Of a stretch of DNA of 52,003 bases, positions 42,937 to 52,003 are shown in pieces; the first letter of the stretch is position 1, and each line of letters begins with the position of its first letter. The DNA is from Candidatus Omnitrophota bacterium (GTDB lineage Bacteria > Ratteibacteria > UBA8468 > B48-G9 > JAFGKM01). Position numbers and translations under genes: made by a program. The stretch is from contig JAMWCA010000001.1 of NCBI GenBank assembly GCA_023819545.1, forward strand, positions 1 through 52,003, in the 5' to 3' direction. Under the pieces are notes generated by a model. That model saw only the letters and a program-made list of their open reading frames with translations. It made no database searches and was not told the origin of the DNA.

Positions 42937-44369
42937 ATGGGAACAAGTAAATATAACACCTGACAAGCCAGTTTGTTTATGTGGACAATTTCATGCAAGA
43001 GTTTCAGAAGGTGTAAAAGACCCTATAACTTCAACAATTCTTATAATTGATAATGATAAAGATTACGTCATATGGATAAGTTGTGACTTAGTTGCTATTC
43101 CTTTTGAATTTAAGAAGAGTATTGTAGAACAGGCAAAAAAAATACTACCTAATATTGATGAAACAAAAATTATAATTAATGCTACACATACCCATACAGC
43201 ACCTGAACCTGGAGGAGATGTAATAAGAGGGACAGAGGCAAAAAGTATAAGAGAAATTTATGGGATTGATTTACCTGTTATGTAAATAAAAGAGTATATT
43301 GAATTTGCAGCAGAAAAAATTGCCGTTGGAATAAAAAATGCATGGAAAAATAAAAAAAGAAAGCGGAATAGGTTATGGAATTGGATTTGCTGTTGTTGGG
43401 AGAAATAGAAGAGTTTCTTATTATGATGGTCATTCTCAAATGTATGGGAAAACAGATGACCTTGATTTCAGTCATATAGAGGGCTATGAAGACCACTCTT
43501 TAAATATTATGGCAACTTTTGATAGAGAAAAAAAGTTAACGGGTTTTGTTGTAAATTTAGCGTGTCCATCACAGGTAAGCGAACCTGAATTTTTAATAAG
43601 TGCTGATTTTTGGAGTGAAACAAGAAATGAATTGAGAAAAAGATTTGGGGAAGATATTTTTGTTCTTGCTCAATTTAGTTCAGCAGGAGACCAATCACCT
43701 CATATTTTAATAAATAAAAAAGGTTAAGAAAGAATGTTGAAACTCTCAGGAAGAACGGAAAGGGAAGAAATTTCTATTAGAATTGCAGATGGAATTGAAA
43801 AAATTTTACCTTTTATAAAAAGAGAGATTTCTTTTGCTCCTATTTTTTCTTATATTTATAAGAAAGTGCCTTTAAGTAGACGTAAAATAACAGAAGAAGA
43901 ATTGAATTTTTATCTAAAAGAAGCAGAGAAACACTATAAAGAATATGAGAGATTGAAAAAAGAATTGGAAGAAAATCCAGAGAAAAGAAGAGAAAAAAGA
44001 TGGTATGTTCCTATAACTTATAATTATAGAAGAGCACAGTGGTTTATGAGTGTAAAGGATAAATTTGAGAGGCAAAAGATAAATCCTAAAATTGAAATTG
44101 TTCTGCACATTTTGAGGTTGGGTGATATTGTTTTTGTTACTAATCCTTTTGAACTTTATCTTGACTATGGAATTCAGATTAAAGCCAGAAGTAAAGCAAT
44201 ACAAACTTTTGTTGTTCAGTTAACAGGTCCAGGAACATATCTTCCTACTGCAAGGTCTGTAAAAGGTGGTGGATATGGAAGTGTTTCTCCTTCAAATATA
44301 GTTGGTCCAGAAGGGGGGAGAGAACTTGTTGAAGAGACATTAAAACTAATTGAAGAATTATTTAAATAG
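42937..44369 (+). pseudogene. neutral/alkaline-ceramidase-like hydrolase gene disrupted by 2 frameshifts and 2 in-frame TAA codons
   Basis: Homology is continuous across three frames. The ATG at 42937 is followed by a +1 shift near 42950. There is a TAA at 43283-43285, a +1 shift in the A-run near 43345-43365, and a TAA at 43725-43727. The pieces read ...NITPDKPVCLCGQFHAR...INATHTHTAPEP / ...GIGFAVVGRNRRVSYYDG...NLACPSQV... / MLKLSGRTEREE... Confidence 0.7.
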
Positions 44370-44624
44370 TTTTTCCCAGTCAAGTAAGAATTTTTTAAAA
44401 TTTTCTCCCCAAATATATTTTCCTATTTTACGATTTTTATGTATTACTCTATGGCACGGAATTGATATAGGATAAGGGTTCTCTTTAAGAAGAGATGATA
44501 TATATCTTGTTTTTTTAGCCATATTTAATCTTTTACTCAGTTTTGAATAATTTATTGTTTCTCCTATTGGAATTTCTAATAAAATTTGCCATAATTGTTT
44601 TTTTATGTTATCCTTATTTTTCAT
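44358..44624 (-). CDS. MGMT-family DNA-binding/active-site domain protein (O6-alkylguanine-DNA alkyltransferase C-terminal domain only)
   Basis: 88 aa containing the PCHRVI active-site motif and the preceding helix-turn-helix region. There is no N-terminal domain. Confidence 0.75.
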   Translation of the reverse strand: MKNKDNIKKQLWQILLEIPIGETINYSKLSKRLNMAKKTRYISSLLKENPYPISIPCHRVIHKNRKIGKYIWGENFKKFLLDWEKLFK

Positions 44625-44665
44625 TTTTGTGTTTTTTTTAAAAATATTATAAAATTTATTTTGAA

Positions 44666-45046
44666 ATGGAAGAAATTTTTTCTTTAATAAAGTATGATAA
44701 GGATGGTTTATTTGTTAGTGTAGTTCAAGATATGAAGGGAGAAATTTTAATGGTTGCTTGGATGAATAAACAGGCACTTGAAAAGACATTAAATACAGGG
44801 AAGATGCATTACTATAGCAGAAGTAGGAAAAAACTATGGTTAAAAGGAGAAGAATCTGGTAATTATCAATTTGTAAGAGAAATTTATATTGATTGTGATG
44901 GTGATGTCTTACTTTTCAAAGTAGAACAAAAAGGTGGTGCCTGTCATGAAGGTTATTATTCTTGTTTTTTCAGAAAATATGAAGATGGAAAGTTTAAAAT
45001 AGTAAAAGAAAAAATATTTGAGCCAGAAAAGGTATATAAAAAATGA
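44666..45046 (+). CDS. hisI: phosphoribosyl-AMP cyclohydrolase
   Basis: 126 aa with [38 protein letters not shown] and [21 protein letters not shown]. These are classic HisI motifs. Confidence 0.88.
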   Translation: MEEIFSLIKYDKDGLFVSVVQDMKGEILMVAWMNKQALEKTLNTGKMHYYSRSRKKLWLKGEESGNYQFVREIYIDCDGDVLLFKVEQKGGACHEGYYSCFFRKYEDGKFKIVKEKIFEPEKVYKK

Positions 45047-46362
45047 GAACACAATTTTATATAAAGTTTGGGGTTATTGTTGCAGTTATAGGAATTTGTT
45101 TTTATTTATTTTATCCCCCGGAAAAGAAAGTAAAAAAGGGACTTGATTTACAAGGTGGGATTCACGTTGTTCTTGAAGTTGAGAAGGAAAATCTTGAAGA
45201 AAAATCTTTATCAGATCTTACCGAAAGAGCACTTGAAATTATTAGGAATAGAGTAGATGCACTTGGTGTAACTGAACCAGTAATTCAAAAAGAGGGGACA
45301 GACCGTATAATAGTTGATTTGCCCGGAGTTAAGGAACCAGAAAAAGCAATTGATATTATTGGCAAAACAGCACTTTTAGAATTTAAACTTGTTATAGATG
45401 ATGAAAATCTTTATAAACAAGCATTACAGGGAAATATTCAAGAAGGTTATGAATTGGTCTACTTAAAAGAAAAGGATGAAAGAGGGATTTATAGAGAGAC
45501 GCAACCACTTCTTCTTAAAAGTCAACCAGAATTAACTGGGAAATATATAGTTGATGCTTATGTTGGTTATGATAGGACTGGTTTCCCTGATGTAAATTTA
45601 GTTCTTGATAAAGAAGGTGCAAAGATTTTTGAAGAAGTGACTGGAAAAAATATTGGAAAACGACTTGCAATAGTTCTTGATGGCGTTATAAAAAGTGCAC
45701 CTCAAATAAGGGAGAAAATACCAGAAGGGAAAGCAGTTATAACTGGAAAATTTACAATCGAAGAAGCAAGAGAACTTGCTATTGTTTTAAGGTCAGGCGC
45801 TTTACCTACGAAATTGAATATTATTTATCAGGAAGTAATTGGGCCTTCTCTTGGTAAAGAATCTGTGCAAAAAGGTTTTAAATCTTCTCTGTATGGAGCA
45901 ATTATAGTTTTAATCTTTATGATATTCTATTATCTTTATTTTGGATTACTTGCCGATTTTGCTCTTGCTTTAAATATCTTAATTCTGCTTGGAATAATGG
46001 CAGGAATGAAAGGCGTTTTAACTTTACCAGGTATTGCTGGAATAGCTTTAACTTGTGGAATTGCAGTTGATGCAAATATTTTGATTTTTGAAAGAATAAG
46101 GGAAGAATTAAAAGCAGGAAAGTCCCCTAAAGCAAGTGTTGATGCTGGTTATCATAGGGCATGGGCTGCAATAATTGATTCAAATATAACAACTTTGATA
46201 ACTGGATTGGTTCTTTTTATTTTTGGAGAAGGAGCAATAAAAGGATTTGGACTGACTTTAAGTATCGGGATTATAGCAAATTTATTCACTGCTGTATTTG
46301 CCACAAAAGTAATAGTTGACTGGATTATTATAAACAAGAAAATTGAAAAGTTAAGAATATAA
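45043..46362 (+). CDS. secD: protein translocase subunit SecD
   Basis: 439 aa with [13 protein letters not shown], a periplasmic domain, then 5 C-terminal TM segments. Followed by secF. Confidence 0.88.
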   Translation: MRTQFYIKFGVIVAVIGICFYLFYPPEKKVKKGLDLQGGIHVVLEVEKENLEEKSLSDLTERALEIIRNRVDALGVTEPVIQKEGTDRIIVDLPGVKEPEKAIDIIGKTALLEFKLVIDDENLYKQALQGNIQEGYELVYLKEKDERGIYRETQPLLLKSQPELTGKYIVDAYVGYDRTGFPDVNLVLDKEGAKIFEEVTGKNIGKRLAIVLDGVIKSAPQIREKIPEGKAVITGKFTIEEARELAIVLRSGALPTKLNIIYQEVIGPSLGKESVQKGFKSSLYGAIIVLIFMIFYYLYFGLLADFALALNILILLGIMAGMKGVLTLPGIAGIALTCGIAVDANILIFERIREELKAGKSPKASVDAGYHRAWAAIIDSNITTLITGLVLFIFGEGAIKGFGLTLSIGIIANLFTAVFATKVIVDWIIINKKIEKLRI

Positions 46363-46364
46363 AA

Positions 46365-47252
46365 ATGGAACTGATAAAAAATACTAACTTTAATTTTATG
46401 GGTAAAAGAAAAATTTTCTATTGTTTCTCTTTGTTAATAATAATTTTAGGCATTTCATTTATGATAATTAAAGGTGAAAAAAATTTTGGTGTTGATTTTG
46501 TTGGAGGAGATTTAATAAATATTGAATTTAGTCAAAAAATAGATGTTGCAAGTTTAAGAAGAATTATTGCACAGGAAAACATTGGTTCTTTTACTGTTCA
46601 AGAATTAGGAGTAGAAGGTAAAAATTATATTATAAGATTACCTCAAAAAACCTCTGATTTAATTCTTGAAAGGTTAAAAAATAACTTTGGAGAAAATTTT
46701 ACAGTTAAGAGGAAATCAATAATATCTCCTTCAATGAGTATAAGTTTAAGAAAAAAAGCGATAAAAGCATTTTTGATAGGATTAATTTGTATATTAATTT
46801 ATTTAACAATAAGATTTGAATTTAAATTTGCTGTTGGTGCAGTAGTTGCTCTCTTTCATGATATTTTAGTAGTTCTCTCAATTTTAGTTATAAGCGGAAA
46901 ACAAATTGATGGTATGGTTATTGCTGCTTTACTTACAATTATCGGTTATTCGGTTAATGATACAGTTGTTGTATTTGATAGAATAAGAGAAAATGCAAGA
47001 AAAACAAGAACTACCGACTACATTGCTTTATTTAACAAAAGTATAAATGAGACATTAAGTAGAACTATTTTAACTGGTTTAACAACTATTTTTGTCGTCT
47101 TGTGTCTTTTCTTTTTAGGAGGAGAAACTTTACATACTTTTTCTTTTTGTCTTTTAATCGGAATTATTTTTGGAACATATTCTTCCATTTTTATTGCTTC
47201 TGCAATTATAATTGATTGGTTAAAAAGGAGTAATGTGCGGCTTAAAATATGA
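46365..47252 (+). CDS. secF: protein translocase subunit SecF
   Basis: 295 aa with GVDFVGGDLINIEF, the GYSVNDTVVVFDRIREN motif and 6 TM segments. Confidence 0.88.
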   Translation: MELIKNTNFNFMGKRKIFYCFSLLIIILGISFMIIKGEKNFGVDFVGGDLINIEFSQKIDVASLRRIIAQENIGSFTVQELGVEGKNYIIRLPQKTSDLILERLKNNFGENFTVKRKSIISPSMSISLRKKAIKAFLIGLICILIYLTIRFEFKFAVGAVVALFHDILVVLSILVISGKQIDGMVIAALLTIIGYSVNDTVVVFDRIRENARKTRTTDYIALFNKSINETLSRTILTGLTTIFVVLCLFFLGGETLHTFSFCLLIGIIFGTYSSIFIASAIIIDWLKRSNVRLKI

Positions 47253-47800
47253 GAGTTATAAGTGGTATTTATAAGGGGAGAAAATTAAAATTTATTAAAA
47301 ATAAAGATATTAGACCAACTAAAGACGTAGTTAGAAAGGCAATTTTTGATAGTTTGAGAGGATGGATGGTTGGTAAAAAAGTAGTTGAAATATTTGCAGG
47401 AAATGGAATACTTGGGATTGAAGCTGTTAGCCATGGAGCAAAAAAAATTATATTTATAGAAAAAGATAAAAAAGGGATTGAAACAATAAAGGAAAATATA
47501 AAAATATTAGGGATAGAAAAAAAATGCGAAATTATAAAGGGAGATTGTGAATATGAAATAGAGAAACTGGAAAATATAAAGTATGATTTAATTATAGGAG
47601 ACCCTCCTTATCTATTTCCTATTTCAAAATTACAAAGAATTATTGAAAAAATTAAAGAATTGAATATTTTGAAAAAAGGAGGGATTATAGTAATTGAATA
47701 TGATTATAAAAAGGAAATACCAGTTGTTGATGGTTATGAAGTTATAAAGAGAAGAAATTATGGAAAAACAGGTTTGACATATTTAAGGCGAATAAGATGA
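47249..47800 (+). CDS. rsmD: 16S rRNA (guanine966-N2)-methyltransferase
   Basis: 183 aa. MRVISGIYKGRKL...RPTKDVVRKAIFDSL N-terminus and the DPPY motif. Confidence 0.85.
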   Translation: MRVISGIYKGRKLKFIKNKDIRPTKDVVRKAIFDSLRGWMVGKKVVEIFAGNGILGIEAVSHGAKKIIFIEKDKKGIETIKENIKILGIEKKCEIIKGDCEYEIEKLENIKYDLIIGDPPYLFPISKLQRIIEKIKELNILKKGGIIVIEYDYKKEIPVVDGYEVIKRRNYGKTGLTYLRRIR

Positions 47801-48282
47801 AAAAAGTAGGTGTGTATCCAGGAACGTTTGATCCTATTACATATGGGCACATTGATGTTATTGAAAGAAGTTTGAAAATTGTTGATGAGGTTATTATTGC
47901 AGTTAGTGGATTTAAAAAAAAGGATTTTTTATTTTCAGTTGAAGAAAGAGTCGCAATGATAAAAGAAGTTTTTAAGAATAATGAAAATGTAAAAGTTGAA
48001 AGTTTTGATGGTTTACTTGTGGATTATCTGAAAAAAAAGAATCTTAAAATAGTTATAAGGGGACTTAGAGCAATTAGTGATTTTGATTATGAATTTCAGA
48101 TGGTTTTGATTAATAGAAAATTAAACAAAGAGATTGAAACAATATTTTTAATGCCGAGAGAAGAGTATTTTTATATAAGTTCTTCAATTGTAAAAGAAAT
48201 TGCAAAATTAAATGGAAATATCTCATGTTTTGTTCCTAAAAATGTTGAACAGGCATTGAGAAAAAAATTCCAAGGAGGTTAA
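47797..48282 (+). CDS. coaD: pantetheine-phosphate adenylyltransferase
   Basis: 161 aa with YPGTFDPITYGHIDVIERS (T/HxGH nucleotidyltransferase motif) and ISSSIVKEI. Confidence 0.9.
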   Translation: MKKVGVYPGTFDPITYGHIDVIERSLKIVDEVIIAVSGFKKKDFLFSVEERVAMIKEVFKNNENVKVESFDGLLVDYLKKKNLKIVIRGLRAISDFDYEFQMVLINRKLNKEIETIFLMPREEYFYISSSIVKEIAKLNGNISCFVPKNVEQALRKKFQGG

Positions 48283-48283
48283 A

Positions 48284-48469
48284 ATGCCAAATCCGAAAAG
48301 AAAACATTCCAAGTCAAGAACTGGTAAGAGGAGAAGTAGTAAAAAAGTTAGAAGTGTAGCATTGTCTAAATGCCCTAATTGTGGAGCAATAAAACTCCCT
48401 CATTTTGTATGTCAGGTCTGTGGGTATTATAAAGGAATTCAAGTTGTTAAAGTAGAAGGTTCAAAATGA
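48284..48469 (+). CDS. rpmF: 50S ribosomal protein L32
   Basis: 61 aa. MPNPKRKHSKSRTGKRRS N-terminus and zinc-ribbon CPNCG...CQVCG. SD GGAGG upstream. Confidence 0.9.
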   Translation: MPNPKRKHSKSRTGKRRSSKKVRSVALSKCPNCGAIKLPHFVCQVCGYYKGIQVVKVEGSK

Positions 48470-49458
48470 GACAAATAAAACTTGCTCTTGATGCGATGGG
48501 TGGAGATAATGCTCCTTTATCACCAGTGAAAAGTTGTGAATTTATTAAAGAAAAAGGATTAAAAATTTATTTAGTTGGTGATCAAGAAAAAATAAAAAAA
48601 ATTTTAAAGAAAAAAAATGAAATATTTGAAGTTGTTGACTGTCCTAATTTTGTTGAGATGGATGAAAAAGTTTCTTCTTCACTTTTAAAAAGAAATACAA
48701 GTATGAAACTTGTTTTACAGATGCAGAAAGAGAAAAAAGTTGATATATCTCTTAGCGCTGGGAATACTGCTGCTTTTGTATCTCTTGCTATTTCAGAGCT
48801 TGGAATGATTGAAGGGATTGAAAGACCATCAATTGCAGTACTATTCCCTAATATTACTGGTGGAGTTACAATTTTTATTGATGCAGGAGCAAATGTCAAT
48901 CCAAAGCCATATCATTTATTACAATCAGGTATATTAGGATTTTTTTATGCGAAAATTGTTTTTGATATAAAAAATCCAAAAGTTGCATTGCTAAATGTAG
49001 GAGAAGAAGAAACCAAGGGCGATGATTTAAGAAAACATACATATAAAATCTTAAAGGAGAATTCAACTATTAATTTTATCGGTAATATTGAAGGTCATGA
49101 AATATTTACAGGGAAAGCAGATGTGATTATAACAGATGGATTTACAGGAAACATTGTTTTGAAAAGTTCCGAAGGAATAACAAGGTCTTTCAGGACGATT
49201 TTGATAAAAGAGTTAATGAAAGATTTTCTTGGTAAAATTGGCACTTTCCTAATAAGAAAAAATTTAAGAGAATTTGCAAAAAAAGCTGATTATGCTGAAT
49301 ATGGAGGAGGTGTTTTACTTGGTGTAAATGGAAATGTAATAATAAGTCATGGAAGAAGTAGTTCAAGAGCAATTTACAATGCTATAAAACTTGGTGAAAA
49401 AATTGTTATGTCAAACTTTTATGAAAAAATAAAAGAATTAAAATGGGAGTCGCAATAA
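48466..49458 (+). CDS. plsX: phosphate acyltransferase PlsX
   Basis: 330 aa with LDAMGGDNAP near the N-terminus and the conserved rpmF-plsX-fabH order. Confidence 0.88.
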   Translation: MRQIKLALDAMGGDNAPLSPVKSCEFIKEKGLKIYLVGDQEKIKKILKKKNEIFEVVDCPNFVEMDEKVSSSLLKRNTSMKLVLQMQKEKKVDISLSAGNTAAFVSLAISELGMIEGIERPSIAVLFPNITGGVTIFIDAGANVNPKPYHLLQSGILGFFYAKIVFDIKNPKVALLNVGEEETKGDDLRKHTYKILKENSTINFIGNIEGHEIFTGKADVIITDGFTGNIVLKSSEGITRSFRTILIKELMKDFLGKIGTFLIRKNLREFAKKADYAEYGGGVLLGVNGNVIISHGRSSSRAIYNAIKLGEKIVMSNFYEKIKELKWESQ

Positions 49459-50423
49459 TTGGAACCGGTTCATATTTGCCTGATTTAAAACTTACAAATT
49501 TTGATTTAGAGCATATGGTTGATACAAGTGATGAATGGATAGTTACAAGGACAGGCATTAAAGAAAGAAGAATATGTCCAAAAGACAAAGGTGCGTCAGA
49601 TTTAGGTTTTGAGGCATCTTTAATAGCAATAAAAGATGCAGGAATAAAAAAAGAAGAGATTGAATTTATAATTTGTGCCACTATAACACCTGATATGTAT
49701 TTCCCATCTACTGCCTGCATTATTCAAAAAAAACTTGGACTTGAAAATATCCCTTGTTTTGATTTTCAAGCAGCATGTTCAGGTTTTATATATGGATTGG
49801 AAATTGCAAAAGGATTAATTCATGGATGTGGATACAAAAAGGGTTTAGTTATTGCATCTGAATGTATGAGTCGCCTTACTGATTATACAGATAGAAGCAC
49901 GTGTGTTTTACTTGGGGATGGCGCTGGTGCAGCGATTGTATCTGAGAGTCAAGATAATGGCATAATTGATTCATATTTATCATCAAATGGGAAATATGAA
50001 AACCTTTTATATACTCCAGCAGGAGGTTCTTTAAAACCATCAAGTTTTGAAACAATTGAGAAAAGAGAAAATTTTATGAAGATGGAAGGTTCTACACTTT
50101 TTAAAATTGCAATTTATTCAATGAGTGAATCAGTAGTAAAATTATTAGAGAAAAATAGAATAAAAAAGGAAGATATATCAATTATTATTCCTCATCAGGC
50201 AAACTTAAGAATTATAACAGGTATAGCTAAAAATCTTGAAATTCCGATTGAAAAATTCTTTATAAATATTGAAAAATATGGCAATATGTCGGCTGCGTGT
50301 GTGCCTATTGCACTTGATGAAGCAGTAAAAACTGGGAAAATAAAAAAAGGTGATTTGATAATTACAGTTGCTTTTGGTGCAGGATTAACTTGGGCAGCAA
50401 ATTTAATAAAGTGGGTAAAATGA
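49443..50423 (+). CDS. fabH: 3-oxoacyl-ACP synthase III
   Basis: 326 aa with TSDEWIVTRTGIKERR, active-site AACSGF, HQANLRI and GNMSAACVP motifs. Confidence 0.9.
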   Translation: MGVAIIGTGSYLPDLKLTNFDLEHMVDTSDEWIVTRTGIKERRICPKDKGASDLGFEASLIAIKDAGIKKEEIEFIICATITPDMYFPSTACIIQKKLGLENIPCFDFQAACSGFIYGLEIAKGLIHGCGYKKGLVIASECMSRLTDYTDRSTCVLLGDGAGAAIVSESQDNGIIDSYLSSNGKYENLLYTPAGGSLKPSSFETIEKRENFMKMEGSTLFKIAIYSMSESVVKLLEKNRIKKEDISIIIPHQANLRIITGIAKNLEIPIEKFFINIEKYGNMSAACVPIALDEAVKTGKIKKGDLIITVAFGAGLTWAANLIKWVK

Positions 50424-51355
50424 AAATAAGTGTTGTTTTTCCGGGGCAGGCATCCCAATATGTGGGTATGGGAAAAGAAATAATAGAAGAAAATAGTAAG
50501 TATAGAGAAATACTTGAAATTGGAGAGAAGGTCACTGGCTTACCAATTGTTGAAAAAATTTATAATGGACCTTTAGAAGAGTTAACAAGAACATTATATT
50601 GTCAACCATCTGTTTTTGGAGTGAGTTTAGTTTGCTGGAAATATTTTAAAGAAAAAACAGGAATTACTCCTTTTTGTCTTGCAGGACATAGTTTAGGAGA
50701 ATATACTGCTTTATGTGCAGGAAATGTTTTTTCCGTTGAAGAAGGTTTCTATCTTGTTAAAAGAAGAGCCCAGATAATGGATGATATTTCCCAAAATGTG
50801 AATGGTTCGCTTCTTGCTATTTTAGGGATTTCTTTAAGAGATGTTGAGGTAATAATAAAGAATTTTGATGAAATTGAAGTTTCTAATATAAACTCATATA
50901 ACCAAATAATTGTTGGAGGGCCAAAAGTTCAACTTGAAAAATTAGAAAAATTTCTAAAAGATAAAAGAATTAAAGCAATTTTTTTAAAAGTTAGTGGACC
51001 TTTTCATACAAAATATATGAAACAAGCATCAGAGAAAATGGAAAAAGTATTGAGGGAAATCAATTTTAAAAATTCTGAAATTCCTGTTTATTTAAATTAT
51101 TCAGCAAAAAAAACAATTGATAAAGACGAAATAAAAGACGGTCTTTTAAAACAATTATATAATCCTGTAAAATGGGTTGAGACAATTGAAAATATTACAA
51201 AAGAAGGTATTGATTGCTTTGTTGAAATAGGTCCTAAAAATGTTTTAAAAAAACTTATAGAAACAATCGTTCCAAATATTTTGTCTTTTAACATTGAAAA
51301 TCCAAAAACATTTCAAGAATTTTACTCGTTTTTCAAAGGAGGAGGAAATGTTTAA
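50420..51355 (+). CDS. fabD: malonyl-CoA-ACP transacylase
   Basis: From the ATG at 50420 (ATGA overlap with the fabH stop; the track start at 50390 is a TTG extension). MKISVVFPGQASQYVGMG and active-site GHSLGEY. Confidence 0.9.
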   Translation: MKISVVFPGQASQYVGMGKEIIEENSKYREILEIGEKVTGLPIVEKIYNGPLEELTRTLYCQPSVFGVSLVCWKYFKEKTGITPFCLAGHSLGEYTALCAGNVFSVEEGFYLVKRRAQIMDDISQNVNGSLLAILGISLRDVEVIIKNFDEIEVSNINSYNQIIVGGPKVQLEKLEKFLKDKRIKAIFLKVSGPFHTKYMKQASEKMEKVLREINFKNSEIPVYLNYSAKKTIDKDEIKDGLLKQLYNPVKWVETIENITKEGIDCFVEIGPKNVLKKLIETIVPNILSFNIENPKTFQEFYSFFKGGGNV

Positions 51356-52003
51356 AGATAAAGTAGTTTTGATAACTGGTGCTTTTGGTGGGATTGGTAA
51401 GGCACTTGCAAATAAATTTGGTAATGACTATGCAAAGCTTGTTCTGTGGGACATTTTTATTGATCAAGAATTTGAAAATTTATTAAGAGAAAAAGGAATT
51501 GAAACAATTTCTATGATTATTGATATAACAAATCAAAACGAGATAGAAAAAGAAACTAAAAAGATTTTAGAAAAATGGGGGAGAATAGATGTTCTTATAA
51601 ATAATGCAGGAATTACAAGAGATAAATTAATTTTCAGGATGTCTGAAAAGGAATGGGATGAAGTGTTAAATGTAAACTTGAAAGGTGCTTTTTTATGTAG
51701 TAAAATAATAGGTCAAATTATGTATAAACAAAGAAGTGGCAAGATAATTAATATGGCTTCAATTATAGGAGAAATTGGAAATATTGGACAGGCAAATTAT
51801 TCTGCTTCAAAAGCAGGACTTATTGCATTAACAAAGTCCTGTGCGAAAGAATTTGCGAGAGGTGGTATAAATGTAAATGCAGTTGCTCCAGGATATATTT
51901 TAACGAAAATGACAGAAAATCTACCGGATAAAATAAAAGAGGAGATGCTAAAATCTATCCCTCTTGGGAGATTTGGTAAACCAGAGGAAGTAGCAGAACT
52001 TGT
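51348..52003 (+). CDS. fabG: 3-oxoacyl-ACP reductase (3' end outside window)
   Basis: [21 protein letters not shown]..., NNAG and YSASKAG motifs. SD GGAGGAGG upstream. The frame is open to the window edge. Confidence 0.88.
   Translation, partial: MFKDKVVLITGAFGGIGKALANKFGNDYAKLVLWDIFIDQEFENLLREKGIETISMIIDITNQNEIEKETKKILEKWGRIDVLINNAGITRDKLIFRMSEKEWDEVLNVNLKGAFLCSKIIGQIMYKQRSGKIINMASIIGEIGNIGQANYSASKAGLIALTKSCAKEFARGGINVNAVAPGYILTKMTENLPDKIKEEMLKSIPLGRFGKPEEVAEL

Noticed and set aside
43283-43727. In-frame TAA codons (43283-43285, 43725-43727) considered as stop-codon reassignment or programmed readthrough
   Set aside because: TAA is used as a normal terminator by many intact genes in the window (ald, miaB, fur, fabD and others). 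The same gene also carries two frameshifts, and its neighbours are truncated. Pseudogenisation or sequence error is the simpler explanation.
1-52003. CRISPR arrays, tandem or interspersed repeats, IS elements, integrases near the tRNAs, prophage or defence islands
   Set aside because: Reading both strands, I saw no regularly spaced direct repeats and no transposase, integrase, recombinase or reverse-transcriptase-like ORFs. I saw no duplicated tRNA 3' halves (att sites). The only Sir2 protein is CobB-like. A computed repeat search (self dot-plot, minced/PILER-CR) would be needed to exclude short, degenerate repeats.

Overview
Strongly AT-rich (about 70% A+T by eye, not computed), very gene-dense ~52 kb stretch of a bacterial chromosome using the standard genetic code. 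It probably comes from an uncultivated, anaerobic, streamlined lineage, but I cannot assign a taxon. I call 51 intact or edge-truncated protein genes, 2 candidate micro-ORFs absent from the ORF track, 3 pseudogene fragments, 3 tRNAs (Lys-CTT, Arg-TCT, Leu-CAA), 3 promoters, one perfect Fur-type palindromic operator and one intrinsic terminator. I found no rRNA, CRISPR array, transposase, integrase, phage gene or recognisable defence or toxin-antitoxin module.

Most of the window is housekeeping, packed into long co-directional strings with ATGA-type stop/start overlaps:
- thrC through the trk genes
- rpsB-tsf
- murG-murC
- hisI-secDF-rsmD-coaD-rpmF-plsX-fabHDG

The less ordinary parts are:
1. 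A sugar-acid/glycan utilisation island (27.9-39.2 kb). It holds a 1053-aa glycoside-hydrolase-like protein, a PfkB kinase, a UxuB-like SDR, gnd and xylose-isomerase-like TIM barrels. It also contains two redox proteins that do not fit this context: an orphan RACo-type [2Fe-2S]-ASKHA ATPase and a radical-SAM/SPASM enzyme with no peptide substrate.
2. Two large secreted proteins translationally coupled to murG-murC-nnrE: a HEAT-repeat + CBM9-like protein, and a TPR + LpoB/CsgG-like + beta-propeller protein.
3. A trk operon extended by a 44-codon hydrophobic micro-ORF and a membrane-anchored OB-fold-like protein.
4. A UPF0280 (ApbE-like) and PP-loop ATPase pair.
5. An autoregulated Fur operon with a His/Cys-rich membrane protein, next to a COG0701-type permease/TIGR03943-type pair.
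6. A 2.7-kb patch of three decayed genes, which is unexpected in so compact a genome.

I did not find an unambiguous novel system. The items above are ranked hypotheses that need HMM, structure and neighbourhood checks I cannot run here.
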